A stretch of DNA of 20,000 nt from Desulfobacterales bacterium (lineage in GTDB: Bacteria > Desulfobacterota > Desulfobacteria > Desulfobacterales > UBA2245): positions 111,013 through 131,012 of the forward strand of contig JAXGZF010000010.1 in NCBI GenBank assembly GCA_040771865.1, in the 5' to 3' direction. The position numbers and the translations under genes are program-made. Every line of letters begins with the position of its first letter. The first letter of the stretch is position 1. Positions 1 to 7,898 of the stretch are shown here, one piece after another. The notes beneath the pieces are model-generated. The model searched no databases. It was not told the origin of the DNA and saw nothing but the letters and a program-made list of their open reading frames with translations.

Positions 1-780
1 CTTTCGGTCGCCTATGTGGACTGCGACGTGGAAGCGCCCAACGGTCATATTTTTTTAAAACCCGAGTTTAACGGGACCCTTTCCGTAAAACAGCGGATTC
101 CACTCGTGGATTTGAATCGATGCACCGGCTGCGGCCGATGTGCGGCCATCTGCGAGTTTCATGCCATTCTCTGCCTGGACAGGGAGGTGATGGTTTTCCC
201 TGAACTGTGCCATGGATGCGGCGGATGCATGCGGGTGTGCCCGGAAAACGCCATCACCGAAACCGGGCGTGGAATCGGTCATATCGATATCGGAAAAGCG
301 GATTCAATTCATTTCATACAAGGCGTGCTCAACGTGGGAGAGCCCATGGCGCCGCCGCTGATCAAGGCGGTAAAAAACGTCCCGATTGAAGCTGATCTGG
401 TGATTCTGGATTCGCCGCCCGGAACGTCCTGTCCGGTGGTCGAAACCGTCCGGGGCAGCGCGCTGGTGGTTCTGGTCACCGACGCCACGCCTTTCGGCCT
501 TCATGATCTGAAGCTGGCCGTTGACACGCTTCGCGTCCTCGAACTTCCTTTTGTCGTGGTGGTCAACCGCGCTGACGTGGGCGACAGAGAGGTCTTTTCC
601 TATTGCAGTCAGGAAGGGATTAAGATTCTGGCCGAAATGCCAGACGATCGCCGTGTTGCCGAAGCGTATTCCCGAGGGGAGGTAATTGTTGAAAGCATCC
701 CCTCATATCGGCCGCTCTTTTCCTCACTGAAAGATGCCTTGTTGCGGGAAGCCGATTTAAATTCAGGAAGGTCCAGATGA
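1..780 (+). CDS. MinD/ParA-superfamily P-loop ATPase with inserted 2x[4Fe-4S] ferredoxin domain (Orp3/Orp4-like), 5' truncated by the window edge
   Basis: Frame is open from base 1 (LSVAYVDCDVEAPN). It has a DCDVE motif, two CxxCxxCxxxC motifs (CTGCGRCAAIC, CHGCGGCMRVCP), DSPPGTSCP and TPFGLHDL. Walker A lies upstream of the window. The stop overlaps the next start (ATGA, 777-780). Confidence 0.9.
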   Translation, partial: LSVAYVDCDVEAPNGHIFLKPEFNGTLSVKQRIPLVDLNRCTGCGRCAAICEFHAILCLDREVMVFPELCHGCGGCMRVCPENAITETGRGIGHIDIGKADSIHFIQGVLNVGEPMAPPLIKAVKNVPIEADLVILDSPPGTSCPVVETVRGSALVVLVTDATPFGLHDLKLAVDTLRVLELPFVVVVNRADVGDREVFSYCSQEGIKILAEMPDDRRVAEAYSRGEVIVESIPSYRPLFSSLKDALLREADLNSGRSR

Positions 781-1673
781 AAGAACTCATCGTCATCAGC
801 GGCAAGGGCGGAACCGGAAAAACTTCAGTATTGTCCTGCTTTGCCGCCCTGGCTGAAAATCCGGTGCTGGCTGACTGCGATGTGGACGCATCGGATCTCC
901 ATCTGATTTTAAAACCCGAAATCATTCACAGCCAGAATTTTTCAGGCGGAAATCGGGCGGAAATAATGCCCGAAAAATGTACGGCCTGCGGAACCTGTCA
1001 TGAAATCTGCCGGTTTGATGCGGTTCATTATCGGAAAACGGCGCATGGAAAATCGATTTTTGCCATCGACCCGATTGCCTGCGAGGGCTGCGGGGTGTGT
1101 GCTCATTTTTGTCCGGCGCAGGCCGTATCTTTCAAACCCGCTGTAAACGGGCAGTGGTTTATTTCCAAAACCCGTTTCGGGCCGATGGTCCATGCCCGAC
1201 TCGGCGTAGCCGAGGAAAATTCCGGCAAACTGGTCAGCCTGGTTCGCCAGCAGGCCAGAAAGATCGCTCAGGATCAGGGCCGGGAACTCGTCCTGGTCGA
1301 CGGCCCGCCTGGAATGGGCTGTCCGGTGATCGCGTCCATTTCCGGAGCAAGCCTGGTGCTGGCGGTGACGGAGCCCACGCTCAGCGGGCTTCATGACCTG
1401 GAGCGCGTCATTGAGCTGGCGCGTCACTTTGACATTCCCCTGATGATCAGCGTCAACAAGTGGGATATCAATCCATCCCTCGCCAGCCGCATCGAAAAAC
1501 AGGCCTCCCGTGCCGGCGCGGCCGTTTCCTTGCGGATACCTTATGATCCTGCCGTGACCCGGGCGCAGATACAGATGCAGGCGGTAGTTGAATATGCCGA
1601 TACGCCCGCGGCTCAGGATATTCGAACACTCTGGAAAGCGGTCCTGTTATCGCTTTCAAAGAATAATGCATAA
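777..1673 (+). CDS. MinD/ParA-superfamily P-loop ATPase with inserted 2x[4Fe-4S] ferredoxin domain (paralog of the upstream gene)
   Basis: Deviant Walker A SGKGGTGKT, DCDVD, CTACGTCHEIC and CEGCGVCAHFCP, DGPPGMGCP, EPTLSGLHDL; 298 aa. Confidence 0.92.
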   Translation: MKELIVISGKGGTGKTSVLSCFAALAENPVLADCDVDASDLHLILKPEIIHSQNFSGGNRAEIMPEKCTACGTCHEICRFDAVHYRKTAHGKSIFAIDPIACEGCGVCAHFCPAQAVSFKPAVNGQWFISKTRFGPMVHARLGVAEENSGKLVSLVRQQARKIAQDQGRELVLVDGPPGMGCPVIASISGASLVLAVTEPTLSGLHDLERVIELARHFDIPLMISVNKWDINPSLASRIEKQASRAGAAVSLRIPYDPAVTRAQIQMQAVVEYADTPAAQDIRTLWKAVLLSLSKNNA

Positions 1674-1686
1674 ACAAGGAGATTAT

Positions 1687-2025
1687 ATGAAAATTGCCGT
1701 ACCCTTGACAAAGGGAGTGCTCAGCGCTCATTTCGGTCATTGTGAGGAATTTGCCCTTCTGGAAATCGACAGGGATCAAAAAACCATACTCAGCAAAACG
1801 ATTCTGCAACCGCCGCCTCACGAACCGGGGGTGCTGCCCAGATGGCTGGGACAACTCGGCGTTAATGTCATCATCGCCGGCGGGATGGGAAAAAGAGCTA
1901 TTGAGATTTTTGCCGAAAATGACATCACTGTTCTGGTGGGCGCTCCGCAGGAGGAGGTGGAGAAACTGGTTCAAAAGTTTTTGGCCGGTTCCCTGACCAC
2001 CGGCATCAACTTATGCGATCACTGA
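1687..2025 (+). CDS. NifB/NifX-family (dinitrogenase Fe-Mo cofactor-binding fold) protein
   Basis: MKIAVP...SAHFGHCEEF...IAGGMG...NLCDH pattern. ATG at 1687 follows an AAGGAG RBS, so it is preferred over the track start at 1588; 112 aa. Confidence 0.88.
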   Translation: MKIAVPLTKGVLSAHFGHCEEFALLEIDRDQKTILSKTILQPPPHEPGVLPRWLGQLGVNVIIAGGMGKRAIEIFAENDITVLVGAPQEEVEKLVQKFLAGSLTTGINLCDH

Positions 2026-2050
2026 TCATGATCTCTCAAGAGGCTCTTAA

Positions 2051-2497
2051 ATGGAAGAAGAATACGACCTGGTTATTGATTTTGAAGGCACCAAACGTTA
2101 CGAAAAAATTCTTTCGGCCCTGGGATATTCAGACAAGGCCATTCGATACTTTATTGACAAGCCCTTTATGGGAAGACTTCCGGATCCCGACCTGACTTTC
2201 GAGTATTCCGGAGACTGCGGAGACCATCTGATTCTGGATCTGAAACTGGACCAGGACCGGATTGTCGATGCCCGCTTTGAGGTGGACGGATGTCCGGGAT
2301 CAATCTCTTCTGCCATGGCCCTTGCGGATATGATCCGGGGCATGACTCTTGAAGAAGCGCGGAATCTTGAGGTCGAAGGCTTGCAGCTTTATGTGGAAGG
2401 GCTTCCGGAGACCAAGGTTCACTGTCTTCGGCTTGCGGTCTCCACCCTTCACGAACTGATCGACGCGACAAAAAAGGCGCCTGCAGAAAGTCACTGA
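2051..2497 (+). CDS. NifU_N/IscU-like iron-sulfur cluster scaffold protein
   Basis: Three scaffold cysteines in CGD, DGC and KVHC contexts, plus GMTLEEA; GAGG RBS upstream; Fe-S neighbourhood. Confidence 0.85.
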   Translation: MEEEYDLVIDFEGTKRYEKILSALGYSDKAIRYFIDKPFMGRLPDPDLTFEYSGDCGDHLILDLKLDQDRIVDARFEVDGCPGSISSAMALADMIRGMTLEEARNLEVEGLQLYVEGLPETKVHCLRLAVSTLHELIDATKKAPAESH

Positions 2498-2539
2498 ATC
2501 CAAAGCGGCAAATCAAATTTTTGACTTGCCGCTTTGGAT
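2498..2539. terminator. Long inverted repeat between convergent genes (probable terminator or REP-like hairpin)
   Basis: ATCCAAAGCGGCAAATCAAA (2498-2517) pairs with TTTGACTTGCCGCTTTGGAT (2520-2539), 19/20 matches, directly after the NifU-like stop codon. Confidence 0.7.
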
Positions 2540-2604
2540 GTCTTTCGAAGTCTGAATACGGATCACTGTGTTTCGGGTAAGCAACCGATAACATCAAAAC
2601 AAAA

Positions 2605-2835
2605 TTATTTCCGGTCTTCCCTTGAAGAACTGCCGCTGAATATTTTTTCTCCCATCTTATCGGCTTCCTGTTTCAGGCGCGTGTCGGCAACAATTTTCTG
2701 CGTCATGCTGAGAATCATGGATTCAAATTTTTCACGACTCATGCCATGCTCTTTCCAAGGCTTTGCCGCGAGATACTCTTTTCTGGAAATGCCAAGCTTC
2801 TGCCAGGGTTTGATCGTGGTTCGTTTTATTGCCAT
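2605..2835 (-). CDS. Small hypothetical basic protein with two tandem KPW-x3-G[IM]SR-x2-[YF] motifs
   Basis: 76-aa ORF filling the intergenic gap, co-oriented with the upstream kinase. The repeat KPWQKLGISRKEY / KPWKEHGMSREKF is conserved at protein level with divergent codons. RBS is weak. Confidence 0.6.
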   Translation of the reverse strand: MAIKRTTIKPWQKLGISRKEYLAAKPWKEHGMSREKFESMILSMTQKIVADTRLKQEADKMGEKIFSGSSSREDRK

Positions 2836-2911
2836 GTGAATTCAATCAGATCCAATTGCGGGGGGTTTCGTATCAGAATCAGAAGGAGCGGAAAAATCAC
2901 ATATCCCGCGA

Positions 2912-5509
2912 TCATCCGGCGGATTGTTCCTTAACGATACAGTGATTGCTGTACGGCACCTCAATCACAATCTTGGTCCCCTGCCTGGGGCGTGATTGAA
3001 TCTGAAACTTCCCGTTGAGCAAACTGATGCGCTCCTGCATGCTTCTCAGACCCATGCGTTTTTCATTCAGAGCGGTATTTAAACGCCGGGTGACATCAAA
3101 GCCGTTTCCGTCATCTTCGATGCGAAGAATGAGGTTGGGAAACGATGCCACGATCCTCACCGTAACCGTTTTGGCCTCGGCGTGTTTGCGGATGTTGTTG
3201 AGAGCTTCCTGAACCACCCGGTACAGATTGATCTCCGTATCAAAATCCAGAGTCAGGCCGTTGATGCCGACCGGGAGAAAGTCAACCGTAATTCCGGTCT
3301 GCTGGGAAAAATCCTGGCAGTACTGATTCAGGGCACGAACCAGTCCCAGCTTGTCGAGCGCCGCAGGATGCAGGTCGTAGGAAACGCCGCGAATCAGGTG
3401 AATCGAACGCTTCAGGCCATTAGACAACTCGGCCAGTTTAGATCGGATTTCCTTGGGCGTATCCGGAAACACGTCGCCGATCATGTCGCAGCCGATTTTC
3501 AGGCTGGAAAGATCCTGCGCCACGCTGTCGTGCAGATACCGGGAAATCCGCTTGCGCTCATTTTCCTGTGCCTTGATCAGCCGATGCGTCAGGATATGGA
3601 TCTGGGCTTCGGCCCGTTTGCGCCGGCTGAAGTCCTGAATTTGCGACAGGAAGCCGTTGAAACTGTCTGAAGAACTTTTTCCGATGGGCGTCAGAATGAT
3701 GCTGAGATCACGAATGCCGGTGTAAACGCTGTCGAACAAGGCTTTCTGACGGATCATGTCAAAATCAAATTCAACGTCTTCAAAACGCACATTGTATCCT
3801 TGATGCAGACGTTCTTTTGACTCGGCGGGTAAAAAGGATTCATCAAAAAGGTTTAAGGAGTCGAATGCCGACGGACTCGCTACGCCGAAAATTTTCAAAG
3901 CAGAACGGTTGGCCTCGAGAAACCGGCCCTGGGCGTCAAAAAGCATCAGGCCGATGGGAGATTCGGCGAATATGGATCGAAATTTTTCCTCGCTGGCCGC
4001 GAGCGCTTTTCGCATATTGACCTGTTCGGTGATTTCCACCGAGATTCCGCCCAGCAAGGCGGGCTTTCCATCCCGGAGCACGGGAAACTTGAAGGTGCGG
4101 TAAACGCGGTCAACGCCGTTGCGGTCCGGAAGGGTTTCCATAATCTTGATGCCTTTACCGCTGATGGCCTTCAGGTCCTCCTCGCGATGCCGTTCAATAA
4201 CGGATTCCGGTAAAAGATCCCGGCTTTTGCCATCCGAAGTTGCTTCTTTTCCGAACATCTCCCGGCAGTATTTGTTCGCATAAATCAGCTTGGAACTCGT
4301 GTCTTTCATGAAGGCGGCGCCGGGAAAATAGTCCATAAAGGTGGAAAACCGCTCCTCGCTTTCCCGAAGCGCCTCCTGGGAGATCCGGTACTGGGTGACA
4401 TCCCGGATCGACTCGATGGCGCCGATCAGTTCTCCGTTGGCGTCATAGATGGGAGCGGCCTTACCCCACAGATAGATTGATCTGCCATTGACCGACAGCG
4501 GATGGATTGTTTCTCCGATCAGCATGTTTTTTTCACGGCAGATCATGCGGTACCCCTTTTCAGCCGCCTCATCGGGATTGAGGACCATATCAATCAGAAT
4601 GGGTTTGGAGTGTCCGTAAAATGGTATTCTGTAAGCATTGTCTCCACGACCCAGCATTTCGCTTGCCGCTATGCCGGTCATTTCCTCAATCGCCTTGTTC
4701 CATGCGATTACCTTGCCGAAACGATCGATCGCAAAGGTGGCGTCGGGTAGAAAGTTGAAAATTTCAGTCATCTGTCGTCTGGATTCCTCAAGCGCCATTT
4801 CCGAGTGCTTCCGGGCGGTAATGTCTCTTAAAGATGCCAGATAAGCGTTCCGACCCTCCCAGACAATGGCGGCCACCCGCATTTCCGCAATAGCGGAGGA
4901 TTGATTGTCTGTTTTGACCAGAATTTCTGTGGATGTACCGGGTATCAGGGGAAAAGGAAAATACCCGTCTGGAAGGCAATCCGGGTTGCCCGCAAACAGC
5001 GCCTCTGCCGCTGGATTGACGAACTGAACCACGCCGGCAATATCCGTGATTACAATGCCGTCCAGGGTGTTTTTTACGATCGTCCGAAGGCGATTTTCGC
5101 TGGTTTTCAAGCTTCGCTGAAGCCGATGCCGTTCAACGGCGTAGCGTAACGTCCGCTCCAGCATTCGTGGGCCAATTTCCTCCTTCTCGAGATAATCTGA
5201 GGCGCCGGCTTTCATCGCCTCCAGGTCGATTCTAAAGTCTCCCTGACCGGTCAGCAGAATAATTGGAATATCGCATCCCGCGTCCTTGGCTTCCTGCAAC
5301 AGATCCAGCCCACTGCGCTCGCCAAGCCTGAGATCCAGAAGACAGACGTCATAGGATTGGCCAAGAAGCTTTGACAGTCCGGTTTCATAAGTCGAAGCCC
5401 ACTCCAGGTGAAATCGCACACCATCAGTTTCAGACAAAAGTTCTCGAGTAATGATGTAATCGTCTTCGTCGTCTTCAATCAGCAGAACCCTTAGACAAGG
5501 CGCTTCCAT
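2912..5509 (-). CDS. Cytoplasmic hybrid sensor histidine kinase: N-terminal receiver, about 4 PAS/PAC domains, HisKA_3 and HATPase_c
   Basis: REC motifs VLLIEDDEDD, CLLDL, LTG, GASDYLEK. PAS-type segments end in DIT/DVT/EIT/DFS. H-box ERKRISRYLHD, N-box YRVVQEALNNIRKHA, G1 IEDDGNGF, G2 MGLRSMQER. ATG 5509 has GGAG upstream (alternative start 5533). No TM segment visible. Confidence 0.9.
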   Translation of the reverse strand: MEAPCLRVLLIEDDEDDYIITRELLSETDGVRFHLEWASTYETGLSKLLGQSYDVCLLDLRLGERSGLDLLQEAKDAGCDIPIILLTGQGDFRIDLEAMKAGASDYLEKEEIGPRMLERTLRYAVERHRLQRSLKTSENRLRTIVKNTLDGIVITDIAGVVQFVNPAAEALFAGNPDCLPDGYFPFPLIPGTSTEILVKTDNQSSAIAEMRVAAIVWEGRNAYLASLRDITARKHSEMALEESRRQMTEIFNFLPDATFAIDRFGKVIAWNKAIEEMTGIAASEMLGRGDNAYRIPFYGHSKPILIDMVLNPDEAAEKGYRMICREKNMLIGETIHPLSVNGRSIYLWGKAAPIYDANGELIGAIESIRDVTQYRISQEALRESEERFSTFMDYFPGAAFMKDTSSKLIYANKYCREMFGKEATSDGKSRDLLPESVIERHREEDLKAISGKGIKIMETLPDRNGVDRVYRTFKFPVLRDGKPALLGGISVEITEQVNMRKALAASEEKFRSIFAESPIGLMLFDAQGRFLEANRSALKIFGVASPSAFDSLNLFDESFLPAESKERLHQGYNVRFEDVEFDFDMIRQKALFDSVYTGIRDLSIILTPIGKSSSDSFNGFLSQIQDFSRRKRAEAQIHILTHRLIKAQENERKRISRYLHDSVAQDLSSLKIGCDMIGDVFPDTPKEIRSKLAELSNGLKRSIHLIRGVSYDLHPAALDKLGLVRALNQYCQDFSQQTGITVDFLPVGINGLTLDFDTEINLYRVVQEALNNIRKHAEAKTVTVRIVASFPNLILRIEDDGNGFDVTRRLNTALNEKRMGLRSMQERISLLNGKFQIQSRPRQGTKIVIEVPYSNHCIVKEQSAG

Positions 5510-5829
5510 AAACTTCTCCACTTTCTGCTTCATAGGAGCATGAACGCCGCAAAGCTTGCGCGAGATAAAACAAGAACGTCGCACCACTCGCGATGGGGTT
5601 GGTGCGAACTCATTTTCCCCGTTTGAAAAGCATCTCAATCCTATCCGCTAAAACAGTGTTCGGGATGCGGGATTTCTCACTCTTCCGGGATTTTTCAAGG
5701 GGCCGGGCGCATGTCGGGGATCGCTTCCTTCTGTCCGCTGTTACGACGCCGGTCCGTGTGTTAAAAAAAACCGTTGCAGTCAGGATCTTGAATTTCAACT
5801 CAATTCGCTATTCAAAACAACAGCCTAAT

Positions 5830-6912
5830 TCAGGGTTTTAAAATGAACTGGTATTTCTTGTTGCTGCCGAATGCGTTGACTGCATAGCGCTCTAAAATCA
5901 GATTGACGCCATCGTTCAAAGATGCCGCCTTGATCGGTTCGGAAGTCGGGGCCTGTCCCGGCCATGGCATGGGCATGGCCCAGAACCGGTCGTATTTCTT
6001 TTCCACATCGCCGATGTGAAGATCGCCATCCTTGTGAATCGCGTAAACAGCCAGAGTGCCGAGGTCTCCCTTGATCCGGTAGTCGATTTTCGAGGCCTGC
6101 TGATCCTTAAAAAGATCCAGGCGTTTGCGTTTGGCGATGTCGAGTCTGAAAGCGGCGCTCTCGGCCATCAGCTTCTTCTCGGAGTCAATCGCGGGGCCAT
6201 CGGACCGGGCAAGAATGCCCTGGGCCTGCTCATACCACTGAATGGCCTGGGTGGCGTCTTTTCCAACCCCCTTGCCGTATAAATAGTAATCACCGATCAT
6301 GATGGCTGCTCCAGGCTGGCGGCCTGCATTAAAGGCGCTGGAAAACCACTGACGGGCGGTCGCATAATCGCCTTCGCTGTGGCAGGCCTGTGCAAGTTCC
6401 AGCATGGCCCTCATCTCGCCGTGCTGGGCCGCAAGGGACAGCCAGTGCCTGGCGTTGTATCTGGCCCTCTTTACAATGCCGGCCTTGAGCACCTGAGCCA
6501 GATTGTATTGCATCTCCTTGTACTTACCCTGAGATACGGCGGGATTGTTGATCAAATCCGTATAATAGAAGGCCGCCTGATCCTGATTCATGGGAATCCT
6601 GGACTTCAACCGCTCGACATCTTCCGGATGCTGAACGACATAGCCCTGAGGAAAGGTTTGCAGGTAAGCCTCCGCAAGAAATATCTGAGCATCGGCGAAA
6701 TTTTGTCTGGCGGCTGAATCGATCAGAGAGAGCCCATGGTCTACGGATTTTTCCTCAGGGGTCTGCAGGAATCGGATACCGCGATTATAGATACCTTCCG
6801 GCGTGCAGTTCCAGCAGAAATAGTCCTGCAGGCTCAGGTATCCGATGTATCCCCCATAAGACAGCGCGGCGAGTGCCGAGACGACCAATGCGGATTTAAT
6901 CCACTTCTTCAT
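5830..6912 (-). CDS. N-terminally membrane-anchored Sel1-like repeat protein with a CxxC motif
   Basis: Hydrophobic N-terminus MKKWIKSALVVSALAALSYGGYIGYL. Sel1 signatures AARQNFADAQIFLA, WLSLAAQHGEMRAMLELA and IGDYYLYGKGVGKDATQAIQWYEQA. CWNC follows the anchor. GGGGAG RBS. Confidence 0.8.
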   Translation of the reverse strand: MKKWIKSALVVSALAALSYGGYIGYLSLQDYFCWNCTPEGIYNRGIRFLQTPEEKSVDHGLSLIDSAARQNFADAQIFLAEAYLQTFPQGYVVQHPEDVERLKSRIPMNQDQAAFYYTDLINNPAVSQGKYKEMQYNLAQVLKAGIVKRARYNARHWLSLAAQHGEMRAMLELAQACHSEGDYATARQWFSSAFNAGRQPGAAIMIGDYYLYGKGVGKDATQAIQWYEQAQGILARSDGPAIDSEKKLMAESAAFRLDIAKRKRLDLFKDQQASKIDYRIKGDLGTLAVYAIHKDGDLHIGDVEKKYDRFWAMPMPWPGQAPTSEPIKAASLNDGVNLILERYAVNAFGSNKKYQFILKP

Positions 6913-7016
6913 GCCTGTTGACTCCCCCCATGTTTGCCGAACCCAAACCGGCCCGGTTGTTCAATATTTCAGTCAAAGAGATGCTGCGACAATCGACTTG
7001 AATCGCGAATCATCAT

Positions 7017-7847
7017 CTATTGGAGACGATGCGCATCGCCGTGGCAGTCCAGACAGCCCTCAAAATCCTTGAGCATCTCTTCGTCATGCGGTCCGTTGCC
7101 ATGACAGTCCTGACAGGTCGGAATGAATCCATGCTTTGCCGCATGACAGAACACACAGTTTAACGGAGCATGACCTTTTCCGCTGCCGGATAGATCCATC
7201 GCGGCCCCGGAATGGCATCCGCTGCAGAGACTGCTTGAAACATCGCCGGAATACTCAATGCGCAACGGCGCGTGAACCGGATGGCATCCCGCACATCCGG
7301 CATTGTCCTTGTACGGAGCGTGCGGCTGATCATGGCACGCCGTGCACTCCGGAATGTATCCATGTTTATCGGCATGGCATTCGATGCAGGACATTTCCGC
7401 ATGAGCGCTGGCATTTTCCTTGATTTCTCCCGCCTGAACGTGGTGGCAATTCATGCAGTCCTGAATCATCTTGTCCAGCTCGATGCTGAAAACCGGCGCA
7501 TGGACATTGGCATGGCATCGCTTGCAATCGGCAAATTTTCCCTCGTGGACGGTGGAATGACAGGTTGCGCAGGTCGGCAATGCCTTGCTGGAATCATCGC
7601 CCGGCTTTTTGGTATGGAAAACCTCATGGCACTTCCGGCAGGCGAGCTTGTGTGCGCCGCCCTGGTCGCGGATGTCGGTAAAAACCGAATAATGGCACTG
7701 GGCGCATTCAAGCGTGGTCAGCTGCCGGACTTTCAGATCGTAAACCTCCGGCCCCTCCTCCTGGCCCGACACTGCCGTTCCCGCAAAAACGCATGTCATC
7801 AGGAACAACATCCCGACGGTAAAAGTTGTCAATCCCTTTGCCTTCAT
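7017..7847 (-). CDS. Exported dodecaheme c-type cytochrome (3 tetraheme modules)
   Basis: 12 CxxCH motifs (CAQCH to CLDCH). Signal-peptide-like N-terminus MKAKGLTTFTVGMLFLMTCVFAGTAVSG. ATG 7847 follows GAGAGAGG (alternative start 7880). Confidence 0.92.
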   Translation of the reverse strand: MKAKGLTTFTVGMLFLMTCVFAGTAVSGQEEGPEVYDLKVRQLTTLECAQCHYSVFTDIRDQGGAHKLACRKCHEVFHTKKPGDDSSKALPTCATCHSTVHEGKFADCKRCHANVHAPVFSIELDKMIQDCMNCHHVQAGEIKENASAHAEMSCIECHADKHGYIPECTACHDQPHAPYKDNAGCAGCHPVHAPLRIEYSGDVSSSLCSGCHSGAAMDLSGSGKGHAPLNCVFCHAAKHGFIPTCQDCHGNGPHDEEMLKDFEGCLDCHGDAHRLQ

Positions 7848-7898
7848 TGTCCCTCTCTCATCCTCTTTTATAGGTTCCATCCAAGGTCCGGCTGCGAG

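Noticed and set aside
1687..2497. Nitrogen fixation locus suggested by NifX-like and NifU-like genes
   Set aside because: No nifHDK/nifENB in the window; these folds are common in non-nif ORP-type clusters.
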